Positions 7,391 through 14,080 are shown, counted from the first letter of the stretch. The stretch: DNA of 32,862 bases from Candidatus Komeilibacteria bacterium RIFOXYD1_FULL_37_29 (GCA_001818495.1 MHKS01000005.1:81326-114187); one strand, 5' to 3'. Program-made: numbers and translations. The notes: generated by a model not told the origin, from the sequence alone.

Positions 7391-9190
7391 ATGTGTGGAA
7401 TTATAGGGTATATAGGTCAGAAAAAAAGTGTTCCGATACTAATGGAGGGCTTAAGTAAACTTGAATATCGGGGCTATGATAGCGCCGGACTTTGTGTTTT
7501 GGAGAAAAAACATTTAAAGACTATAAAAAATAAGGGGCGTATCGCTGAGTTAGCCAAAAATTTGGAATTGGCTGAGCTAGCCGCTACTATGGGTATTGCT
7601 CATACCCGTTGGGCCACTCACGGTGAACCAAATACTAAAAATGCTCATCCGCATTTGGATTGTCATGAAAAAATAGCTATAGTCCATAACGGTATAGTAG
7701 AAAATTATCAGGAATTAAAACAAGTGTTAATCAAAGAGGGTCATCAAATCAAATCCGACACGGACTCAGAAATTATTGCCCATCTGATAGAAAAATTCTA
7801 TCAAGGTGATTTAGAGCAGGCCTTGGTTCACGCCTTAGCTTTGATAGAAGGGGCTTTTGGACTAGCCGTTATTCATCAGGATGAACAGAAAATAGTAGTG
7901 GCCCGTCGTGGCTCGCCACTTATCATTGGCGTTGGTCAAGGAGAAATGTTTGTCGCCTCCGATGTGCCGGCTATTTTGGCCCATACTAAAAAAGTTATCT
8001 ATTTAAATGACAACGAAATAGCGATTATCAAAGAAGATAATTATCAGATAAAAAAATTAACCGGTGAGAAAGTAGATAAACAAATTCATGAGATAAAATG
8101 GACAGTCGATCAGATGGCTAAGCAGGGGTATAAGCATTTTATGTTGAAGGAGATTTTTGAACAGCCCAATGTTTTGGTTAATACTTTGCGTGGTCGTATC
8201 AAAGACGGTCGGGTAAAGTTGTCGGTAGATTTTGATCTTAAAAAAATCAAAAGGATTATGATTGTGGCCTGTGGCACCTCCTGGCATAGCGCTTTGATTG
8301 GTAAACACCTTTTAGAATCAATCGCTGGTATCAGTACAGAAGTAGATTATGCTTCGGAGTTTCGTTATCGTAATCCAATCATCAGAGAAACAGATTTGGT
8401 TATTGTTATTTCCCAATCTGGAGAAACCGCTGATACTCTAGCGGCGTTAAAGGAAGCTAAAGATAAAGGGGCTAAGACCTTGGGCATTGTCAATGTAGTA
8501 GGATCAACCATTACCAGAGAAGTAGATTCAGGAATTTATTTGCATGTTGGTCCAGAAATTGGTGTAGCTTCGACCAAAGCTTTTACTTCTCAGGTTTTAG
8601 CTCTTAGTTTGTTGGCTTACTATATTTGGCAAGAGACTGGCCATCAGTTGGATGAAAAAATACTTCAAGAATTACAAACTCTACCTAAAAAAATCTCTCA
8701 AGCTTTGGAGAGTGATCAGGAGATTATCAAATTGGCCAAGCAATTTAAAGATGCTAAAAACTTTCTTTATTTGGGTCGGGGCTTTAATTTTCCCGTAGCT
8801 TTGGAAGGAGCATTAAAGCTTAAAGAAATTTCTTATATTCATGCCGAGGGTTATCCAGCAGCCGAGATAAAGCACGGGCCCATTGCTTTGATTGATCAGG
8901 CTATGCCAGTAGTTTTTATTGCTACCAAAAGCAATTTATCACAAAAAATTATTAGCAACATTGCTGAAGTCAAAGCTCGAAATGGTGTGGTAATTGCTAT
9001 AGTCAATTCTGACGACCAGGTCATAAAAAAATTGGCCGACTATGTTATAGAAGTGCCAGCCACTTTAGAGGAGTTTTCGCCGGTAATCAATGTCATACCC
9101 CTTCAGCTTTTAGCTTACCACATTGCTGATTTAAAGGATCTAGACGTTGATAAGCCTAGAAATCTAGCTAAAAGTGTGACCGTAGAATAG
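7391..9190 (+). CDS. glmS: Glutamine--fructose-6-phosphate aminotransferase (isomerizing)
   Basis: N-terminal nucleophile MCGIIGYIG, GYDSAG, HTRWATHG, two SIS domains (ACGTSWHS, SQSGETADT) and the canonical C-terminus NLAKSVTVE. 599 aa. Confidence 0.97.
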   Translation: MCGIIGYIGQKKSVPILMEGLSKLEYRGYDSAGLCVLEKKHLKTIKNKGRIAELAKNLELAELAATMGIAHTRWATHGEPNTKNAHPHLDCHEKIAIVHNGIVENYQELKQVLIKEGHQIKSDTDSEIIAHLIEKFYQGDLEQALVHALALIEGAFGLAVIHQDEQKIVVARRGSPLIIGVGQGEMFVASDVPAILAHTKKVIYLNDNEIAIIKEDNYQIKKLTGEKVDKQIHEIKWTVDQMAKQGYKHFMLKEIFEQPNVLVNTLRGRIKDGRVKLSVDFDLKKIKRIMIVACGTSWHSALIGKHLLESIAGISTEVDYASEFRYRNPIIRETDLVIVISQSGETADTLAALKEAKDKGAKTLGIVNVVGSTITREVDSGIYLHVGPEIGVASTKAFTSQVLALSLLAYYIWQETGHQLDEKILQELQTLPKKISQALESDQEIIKLAKQFKDAKNFLYLGRGFNFPVALEGALKLKEISYIHAEGYPAAEIKHGPIALIDQAMPVVFIATKSNLSQKIISNIAEVKARNGVVIAIVNSDDQVIKKLADYVIEVPATLEEFSPVINVIPLQLLAYHIADLKDLDVDKPRNLAKSVTVE

Positions 9191-9198
9191 GGCCGATA

Positions 9199-9227
9199 TT
9201 GACTTTTTTGTGGTTTTTAGTTATTAT
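9199..9227 (+). promoter_or_regulatory. Sigma70-type promoter TTGACT-17-TATTAT for tRNA-Glu
   Basis: TTGACT (9199-9204) tttttgtggtttttagt TATTAT (9222-9227), 18 nt upstream of the mature tRNA 5' end. Confidence 0.6.
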
Positions 9228-9245
9228 ATTGACGTTCTTTTATTT

Positions 9246-9320
9246 GGCCCCATCGTCTAGTGGTTAGGACATCAGGTTTTCATCCTGGCAAGCGGAGTTC
9301 GATTCTCCGTGGGGTCACCA
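9246..9320 (+). tRNA. tRNA-Glu (anticodon UUC), with encoded CCA
   Basis: Manual cloverleaf: acceptor GGCCCCA/TGGGGTC, D arm GTCT-AGTGGTTA-GGAC, anticodon arm TCAGG-TT[TTC]AT-CCTGG, variable CAAG, T arm CGGAG-TTCGATT-CTCCG, then ACCA. Confidence 0.93.
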
Positions 9321-9361
9321 AGCTTTAGTTTTGATAAGTTTAGGATTTTGGGCAATAAACT

Positions 9362-9396
9362 AGCTACAGCTAAGCAAGTAGCTGTTTTTTATTTTT
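9362..9396 (+). terminator. Rho-independent terminator after tRNA-Glu
   Basis: ACAGCTA-agcaag-TAGCTGT followed by TTTTTTATTTTT. The hairpin overlaps the last codons and stop of the convergent 9370-10215 gene. Confidence 0.65.
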
Positions 9397-10215
9397 AGCA
9401 TATTTTTTAATAGTATCTTCTGCGGCTTCTTTGATCGGACGCATTTTTATATTATATTTTGACAAGTTTACAGAAGTCAGAATATTACTTGAACGTCTTT
9501 TATCTGCTAGTCCCAAACGAACCAACTCCTCTTCTTTAATCCACTCGTTTTTATGGTTTGGGTTCACATATTTTTTATAAAGTTCAATAATTTCTTTATG
9601 TTTAATAGACCCAGGATTGGTAACATGAAATATACCTTCTGCCTTTTTTTCCAATAATTGATAAAAAACATCAATCATATCATCAACTATTGTTATGGAA
9701 TTTTCAACATCTATAATTTTTTCATACTTTGACAACTTATCAAGTAAATTTGCTGGATGAGGTTTACTATCTAAAAGCATACGAACACGAGCAATACCCA
9801 CATTTTTTAGGGCAGATAAAGCTAGATCAGCTGCGAATTTAGATTTAGTATATACCACCGCCGGATTACCATAGTCTTCTTCTGTCCAAGGACCACCATG
9901 ATAGGATTGACCATAAAAAACACAACCAGTAGCCATATGAAGCATATATATATCTTTGTTATAGCAAGCTTCAGCAATTGTGATTGGCAATACTGTATTA
10001 CCTTTAACAGTTTCCATAGGATGAGTTTCACACCAGTCTACATTTGGTTTACCAACGACACCAGCTGCATTAAGCAATACATCTGGATTATGTTCGTTTA
10101 TTAATTCTTCCACATCTTGGACAGTCTCTATTCTTTTATCACTAAGTATTACATTTTCCCAACTTTCTGCACAACGATTACCTAAATATCCATTACCAAT
10201 AATTAAAATTTTCAT
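9370..10215 (-). CDS. NAD(P)-dependent nucleotide-sugar 4-keto reductase of the RmlD / NRS-ER (3,5-epimerase/4-reductase) type
   Basis: MKILIIGNGYLG (Rossmann), NAAGVVGKPNVDWCETHPMETVKGNTV, ATGCVFYG, YTKSKF (YxxxK), RVRM, KLSKYEKIIDVENSITIVDD, GIFHVTNPGSIKHKEIIELYKKYVNP, RRSSNILTSVNL. This series matches what I remember of the plant NRS/ER family (NAAGVTGRPNVDWCESHKVETIRTNV...ATGCIF.Y...RVRMP...YEKVV.IPNSMT...). Confidence 0.75.
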   Translation of the reverse strand: MKILIIGNGYLGNRCAESWENVILSDKRIETVQDVEELINEHNPDVLLNAAGVVGKPNVDWCETHPMETVKGNTVLPITIAEACYNKDIYMLHMATGCVFYGQSYHGGPWTEEDYGNPAVVYTKSKFAADLALSALKNVGIARVRMLLDSKPHPANLLDKLSKYEKIIDVENSITIVDDMIDVFYQLLEKKAEGIFHVTNPGSIKHKEIIELYKKYVNPNHKNEWIKEEELVRLGLADKRRSSNILTSVNLSKYNIKMRPIKEAAEDTIKKYAKNKKQLLA

Positions 10216-10325
10216 AGATTTTTTATTATTTTATGAATGTAGCTTGTTAAGTTTATCTAAAAATGTAAAGATTGTCCATTTTTAATTAACGGGATAATTT
10301 ATTATATATTTTTACTACATTTATT

Positions 10326-10390
10326 AAAAAATATACAGCAACTAGAGTTGCTAATTTAAATATATTAAAAAGAGACCACTTAATGTGATC
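10326..10390 (-). terminator. Two tandem hairpin terminators downstream of the 10408-11508 gene
   Basis: The minus strand reads GATCAC-attaa-GTGGTC then TCTTTTTAAT (10390-10363), followed by AGCAAC-tcta-GTTGCT then GTATATTTTTT (10352-10326). Confidence 0.55.
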
Positions 10391-10407
10391 AAGTAGCCCC
10401 TTCATTT

Positions 10408-11508
10408 TCATTCAAGCAGATAGTTAGTCGGCAGCGTGATGTTTATATAACCACGTGAAATCGTAGTTTGACAAGGTTTAAGGTTTAATTCTTCTGTCCA
10501 ATTAGCTAGAGCTGGTTTAGTGGTTTTATTTTTAATTTTGAAAAAACCACGTGCTCGCCAGAATGTGACATTGTGCCGATGAAGATTCAATGGAATGGTG
10601 CGGTAGTAAATTTTATTCAAAACCAGACTTGATGGAGTATCAGGAACTGGTGGGGTAAACGCTAATTTAATATATCCATTCCAATCAGGATTTACACCAG
10701 AGATGCCGAGAATACTATGTGTTAGGAGACTAGAAAAATACTTAGCTAGGAGTTGATTGATCATTTCATTATCTGCCTCCGGATACATTTTTTTGCATCT
10801 AGCGCGATAGAAATTAAGTTGTTTTTTAGGTAACGATCCTTTCCAACCATACCTCAGTAATTCAACTGGAATTTTAACTTTCGAATCGGATATTTCGGCA
10901 TAATCCGAAGCCTTAATCAATTCGGCGAAATAAGTTTCCAGTGATGAAGCAGTATTGAAAAAAATATCACCTGTTGTTATCGTGCTTTCTCGCAAAGTAT
11001 GTATGAATGAATCGTAACTAAAAAGCTTGATCAATGTTTCGAATTGTTGCATGTAGGTAAGTATACTTTGTTTGGTATTTATAGTGTCATTTTCTAAATA
11101 CCAACCAGTGACATCTTCAAGGCGAACTGTATATGATAGCCCTGGTTTGTAATGGGCTAGCACGCGTTTGTGTAAACAGGCCATAGTTTTGATTGCTGAA
11201 AGTTCAGCGATATCAACACCTTCATTAATCACTGGCTTTTTAGGTGCGGTCGGGACTAATATCGGAATGGGCTGGTTAATAGAAATATAATATGATATAA
11301 TTTTTCGTAGTACTTCTTGAGAGTCATCGTTTGGTATGGGACCAACACGAGTCTGTCGAGTACCCACCAGTTCATTTAGAACAGCTTCAATTTGGCTACT
11401 GTTTGTTATAGGTTTTTGTGGAAATTCATTTCTAAAAAATGAGGCAACGTCTTCGGCCTGTGAATCATTAAGCCCCTCAATTTGTATAAGTAAATCGCTA
11501 CTAGCCAT
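10408..11508 (-). CDS. Hypothetical 366-aa cytoplasmic protein with a weak motif-level resemblance to the PvcA/Dit1 (isonitrile synthase) family
   Basis: The gene is well supported: consensus promoter, SD GGGAG 8 nt upstream of the ATG, and terminators. The function is uncertain. QPIPILVPTAPKKPVIN..VDIAELSAIKTMACLHKRVLAHYKPGLSYTV parallels my recollection of the PvcA/Dit1 signature (h-h-LPaFPxKSpN...PDxAE..aL..L......Y.PG..h.I). IKLAFTPP parallels RLSIHP, but the SDG and His positions are not conserved. The confidence value refers to the family hint. Confidence 0.4.
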   Translation of the reverse strand: MASSDLLIQIEGLNDSQAEDVASFFRNEFPQKPITNSSQIEAVLNELVGTRQTRVGPIPNDDSQEVLRKIISYYISINQPIPILVPTAPKKPVINEGVDIAELSAIKTMACLHKRVLAHYKPGLSYTVRLEDVTGWYLENDTINTKQSILTYMQQFETLIKLFSYDSFIHTLRESTITTGDIFFNTASSLETYFAELIKASDYAEISDSKVKIPVELLRYGWKGSLPKKQLNFYRARCKKMYPEADNEMINQLLAKYFSSLLTHSILGISGVNPDWNGYIKLAFTPPVPDTPSSLVLNKIYYRTIPLNLHRHNVTFWRARGFFKIKNKTTKPALANWTEELNLKPCQTTISRGYINITLPTNYLLE

Positions 11509-11555
11509 TTTTTTAACTCCCTTTGATTGTTAAGGAACATTTTTTCTTTTCAAAT

Positions 11556-11585
11556 TAGTATATTAAGTATACTAAAAAATGTCAA
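11556..11585 (-). promoter_or_regulatory. Consensus promoter TTGACA-17-TATACT, with the -10 box inside a 7-5-7 palindrome that may be an operator
   Basis: The minus strand reads TTGACA (11585-11580) ttttttagtatacttaa TATACT (11562-11557). The inverted repeat TAGTATA-nnnnn-TATACTA spans 11556-11574 and covers the -10 box. Confidence 0.6.
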
Positions 11586-11699
11586 GAAAACGGAAAATGG
11601 GCATATAGAAATTACTTATATATTATTAAATCTGAAATTCTGACCAATGTTTTAATTCTTGAATAATTAGGTTTAAATTCTCAGTACAGTAGTGCACCA

Positions 11700-11723
11700 T
11701 CCAGCCTTTCGTGAAAAGCTGGA
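11700..11723 (-). other. 10-bp stem-loop that pairs better in the minus-strand RNA
   Basis: The minus strand reads TCCAGCTTTT-cacg-AAAGGCTGGA. One pair is G-U in the minus-strand RNA but a C-A mismatch in the plus-strand RNA. No T-run follows. Confidence 0.45.
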
Positions 11724-11724
11724 A

Positions 11725-11759
11725 CCAAAAATGACTTATCATCTTGATAGGTCTTTTTT
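11725..11759. terminator. Bidirectional hairpin terminator
   Basis: GACTTATCA-tct-TGATAGGTC (one mismatch), flanked by CCAAAAAT on the left and TTTTTTG on the right, so a U-run follows the hairpin on either strand. Confidence 0.5.
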
Positions 11760-11783
11760 GTTTAAAAATTTATTATACGGCAA

Positions 11784-11808
11784 GCGGGGAAGTCAAAGAC
11801 TTCCCCGC
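11784..11808 (-). terminator. Perfect 11-bp GC-rich hairpin 4 nt after the ORF67 stop
   Basis: GCGGGGAAGTC-aaa-GACTTCCCCGC. It shares the CCCCGC/GCGGGG arms and GTCAAA centre with the palindromes at 15321 and 21073. No clean U-run follows on the minus strand. Confidence 0.5.
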
Positions 11809-11812
11809 ATTA

Positions 11813-12016
11813 TTAGTTTGGAAATTTTTTAAGCCAGGCATTTTGCGCAGCTTTTTCCATGGTTGGGCCATGCCCGATGATATCCCGACTTTTGCTGGGA
11901 TGAAGATTATCAAGTAGGGCGGTATTGGGTCCGACCAAACGAATCTGGAAAGGACTAGAGCAATTGGGGTTGTGATGAAGCGAGAAGGTTACGGTACTGA
12001 GCATTTCTGTATACAT
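11813..12016 (-). CDS. Hypothetical small protein (67 aa)
   Basis: One of the strongest SD matches in the window, AAGGAG, lies 8 nt upstream of the ATG (the minus strand reads ctAAGGAGatgaaaccATG). Its own hairpin follows directly after the stop. The C-terminal IIGHGPTMEKAAQNAWLKKF loosely recalls the G.T.EEA motif of HicB/UPF0150-like domains. I have no confident family call. Confidence 0.55.
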   Translation of the reverse strand: MYTEMLSTVTFSLHHNPNCSSPFQIRLVGPNTALLDNLHPSKSRDIIGHGPTMEKAAQNAWLKKFPN

Positions 12017-12130
12017 GGTTTCATCTCCTTAGTTTGTGTGTCTCTGACAATATATCTAAATTTAATTAATATGTAAATAGTAATGGTTTATGGTAGATAA
12101 TTATAAATAGCTTGTAAATATAGAAAGGTG

Positions 12131-12159
12131 TTGACAGTATTGGTAATTTGTGCTACAAT
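12131..12159 (+). promoter_or_regulatory. Consensus promoter TTGACA-17-TACAAT for the cold-shock gene
   Basis: TTGACA (12131-12136) gtattggtaatttgtgc TACAAT (12154-12159). It predicts a 5' UTR of about 97 nt. Confidence 0.7.
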
Positions 12160-12165
12160 GTGGTC

Positions 12166-12262
12166 AAGTAATTATTTCGGTAATTACTAAGAGTAGTAAG
12201 AGTAGAAATAAAGTCGAATTTCGAAGTTACTATTATTAATTCGTTTTTTTATTTCTATTCAC
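12166..12262 (+). promoter_or_regulatory. Long structured 5' UTR of the cold-shock gene
   Basis: A 5'-terminal perfect 8-bp hairpin AGTAATTA-tttcgg-TAATTACT (12167-12188), a direct repeat AAGAGTAG x2, and a long-range perfect 10-bp helix TAGAAATAAA (12203-12212)/TTTATTTCTA (12248-12257) that ends 5 nt before the ATG. No SD. Confidence 0.5.
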
Positions 12263-12460
12263 ATGCAAGGATCAATAAAAAAATTAACCGACAAAAATTT
12301 TGGATTTATTAGTCCAGAAGAAGGCAACAAAGATTTATTCTTTCATGCCAACGAGTTGGTTGATACAAGTTTTGGAGAACTTAGAGAAGGTGATGCAGTT
12401 ACTTTTGAAGTTTCTGACACCCCAAAGGGCCCAGCTGCCACTAAGGTAAAAAGAGTTTAA
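12263..12460 (+). CDS. csp: Cold-shock domain protein (CspA family)
   Basis: 65 aa. GSIKKLTDKNFGFISPEEGNKDLFFHANEL carries RNP1-like (K.FGFI) and RNP2-like (LFFH) motifs. The C-terminal V.FEV...PKGP.A..V is typical of the family. Confidence 0.9.
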   Translation: MQGSIKKLTDKNFGFISPEEGNKDLFFHANELVDTSFGELREGDAVTFEVSDTPKGPAATKVKRV

Positions 12461-12477
12461 TTTTTCCAAATTATAAA

Positions 12478-12510
12478 ATAAAAAACCGCCCCCTCGGGTG
12501 GTTTTTTATT
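12478..12510. terminator. Bidirectional rho-independent terminator between convergent genes
   Basis: AAAAAAAA-CCGCCC-cctc-GGGTGG-TTTTTTATTTT, with an A-run before and a T-run after. Confidence 0.75.
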
Positions 12511-12523
12511 TTAGCTAATTTTA

Positions 12524-13969
12524 TTATCGACTAGCTCCAGAATAAGTAATGGCCTGCATAATATTCCAATCCTCAGTGCTTTGTGGCACATGACCATAGA
12601 TATATTGGAAGGTCTTAATGCCCTGTCTTTCACTGTTGAGGTTTCTATTTTCGGCTTTCTGGCGAAGACCATAGGTCATAACTGTGACAGCGGCATTGTC
12701 ATTGGAATCAGTCATATCAGCATCGCGTAAATAGATTTTTCTAAATTCCTTCTTAGCTCTATTTTCGGATGTTTCACTAGTTTGAGAGGGCCAGCGACCA
12801 TTGGCAATTTTTATAGCATCAGCTACTTCATCTTCTGTTTCCGGCAATTTGTTGAAAGCGGATTTAAAAGAATAAATTACCGCAGCTCTTTCACCCTCAC
12901 CTAGCTTTTTAGTATTTTCATCAACACCGTAGGTAATAAATTGGTTTAAAGTATCTTTGACACTCTGAGTAATACTTCTGACATCAGACAAAAGAGAGCG
13001 GAGATATTTTATTTCATTTTCCTGTTCTCGAAGCTTGCTGCGTAGTTCTTGTAATTCATCTAAGATATCGCCTAAGTTGTTATCCAAGAGTTGTTGGGCC
13101 TTTTCTCTGATGATAGTTAGAGAATCAACAGTCGGCTTGGTTTTGATTTGATGGCTTGGGCCATTGTAAGTAGACAAGACAGCATTACCAGCTACTCGCT
13201 CATCACCATAAAGAGCAGTAATAGAGAAATAATAAATTTGGCCAGTTTGCAGGTAACCACCAAAATCACCACGAACATATTCACTGCCATTATTTAAAAG
13301 AATAGAAGTGGTATTGGGGTCAGTGATGTATCTAGCATAGCCATGATCAGGATATTTTGGTTTATTTTTATCTCTAGAAATTACTACTTTATAGCCAGTA
13401 AAATCATCATGGTTGATTTTTTTCCAGCTCAAAAGCACGCCGTTAGTGGAGGAAGTAGCTGTTACTTCTGGTACAGGATAGTTGACAGCAGTCGTGTCAT
13501 CACTATCATCATTTACATCTTCATCTGTATCATCACTGACGCTGACGCCAGGATAAGTAAGGTGCAAAACATTGCCGGTCACTCTTTGGCCACAGCCATA
13601 GACAGCCGTGACGGTGAAGTAATAATCCTCGTCTTCTTCCAAGTAACTACCAGTAATATCTCCGCCATTGTAGACCGTGGAATTGTTGATAGTATAAGAA
13701 GTGGTTTCACGATTAGTAATGTATTTTAGATAGCCGTTGTCTGGATAAGATGGTGTAGAGTCACCTTTGGAAATGACTAGTTTGTAGCCAGATAAATTAG
13801 TATGGTCTATCTGATCCCAAGATAATAAAATGTTACTCTCGTTTAGAGTAGCTTCTACTACGGGGATAGGCAGATTATCGTCACAGGTAGTAGTAACAGG
13901 GTCGACTGCCAAGCTGACATTAGGAGTCAGTAGTATAAACGACAAGGCTAAGATAATGTTTTTGTGCAT
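12524..13969 (-). CDS. Secreted protein: signal peptide, two tandem FN3-like repeats of about 105 aa, an acidic linker, a coiled coil and a C-terminal domain ending ITYSGASR
   Basis: Signal peptide MHKNIILALSFILLTPNVSLA. Repeat 1 reads ILLSWDQIDHTNLSGYKLVISKGDSTPSYPDNGYLKYIT...YYFTVTAVYG. Repeat 2 reads VLLSWKKINHDDFTGYKVVISRDKNKPKYPDHGYARYIT...YYFSITALYG. Coiled coil: LDELQELRSKLREQENEIKYLRSLL. Confidence 0.75.
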   Translation of the reverse strand: MHKNIILALSFILLTPNVSLAVDPVTTTCDDNLPIPVVEATLNESNILLSWDQIDHTNLSGYKLVISKGDSTPSYPDNGYLKYITNRETTSYTINNSTVYNGGDITGSYLEEDEDYYFTVTAVYGCGQRVTGNVLHLTYPGVSVSDDTDEDVNDDSDDTTAVNYPVPEVTATSSTNGVLLSWKKINHDDFTGYKVVISRDKNKPKYPDHGYARYITDPNTTSILLNNGSEYVRGDFGGYLQTGQIYYFSITALYGDERVAGNAVLSTYNGPSHQIKTKPTVDSLTIIREKAQQLLDNNLGDILDELQELRSKLREQENEIKYLRSLLSDVRSITQSVKDTLNQFITYGVDENTKKLGEGERAAVIYSFKSAFNKLPETEDEVADAIKIANGRWPSQTSETSENRAKKEFRKIYLRDADMTDSNDNAAVTVMTYGLRQKAENRNLNSERQGIKTFQYIYGHVPQSTEDWNIMQAITYSGASR

Positions 13970-14051
13970 ATTTTTATTAGTTAATTATTTTATATAGTAT
14001 AGCAAAGGTCAAGCAAAGTAGCCAATAGATTATATTTATTTTTAGTAAGGA

Positions 14052-14080
14052 TTGTCATTATGGTAGCAAAGGTATAAAAT
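14052..14080 (+). promoter_or_regulatory. Promoter TTGTCA-17-TAAAAT for the thioredoxin-DsbD gene, with its -35 back-to-back against a divergent ATGACA-18-TATAAT
   Basis: TTGTCA (14052-14057) ttatggtagcaaaggta TAAAAT (14075-14080). On the minus strand the same ATTGTCAT block reads ATGACA, followed 18 nt later by TATAAT, facing the 13969 gene. Confidence 0.55.

Noticed and set aside
8057-8308. Minus-strand 83-aa ORF inside glmS
   Set aside because: It is antisense to glmS and has no promoter or RBS.
9822-10104. ORFs at 9822-10031 (minus, alternative frame) and 9898-10104 (plus) inside the NRS/ER-type reductase gene
   Set aside because: They are frame and antisense overlaps of a gene whose motifs run end to end, so they are chance ORFs in AT-rich DNA.
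11336-11533. Plus-strand 65-aa ORF overlapping the 5' end of the 366-aa gene
   Set aside because: It is antisense to a gene with a strong promoter and SD, and it has no signals of its own.
9246-12262. att-type direct repeat of the tRNA-Glu 3' end, or an integrase, that would define a classical genomic island
   Set aside because: I searched by eye for GATTCTCC, GTGGGGTCA and TTCGATTC downstream and found no copy. No recombinase-like ORF is present. The island idea therefore rests only on composition and signals.
13343-13729. Plus-strand 128-aa ORF inside the FN3-repeat gene
   Set aside because: It is antisense. The minus-strand frame shows a clear internal protein repeat and a signal peptide, and the plus-strand translation is low-complexity.
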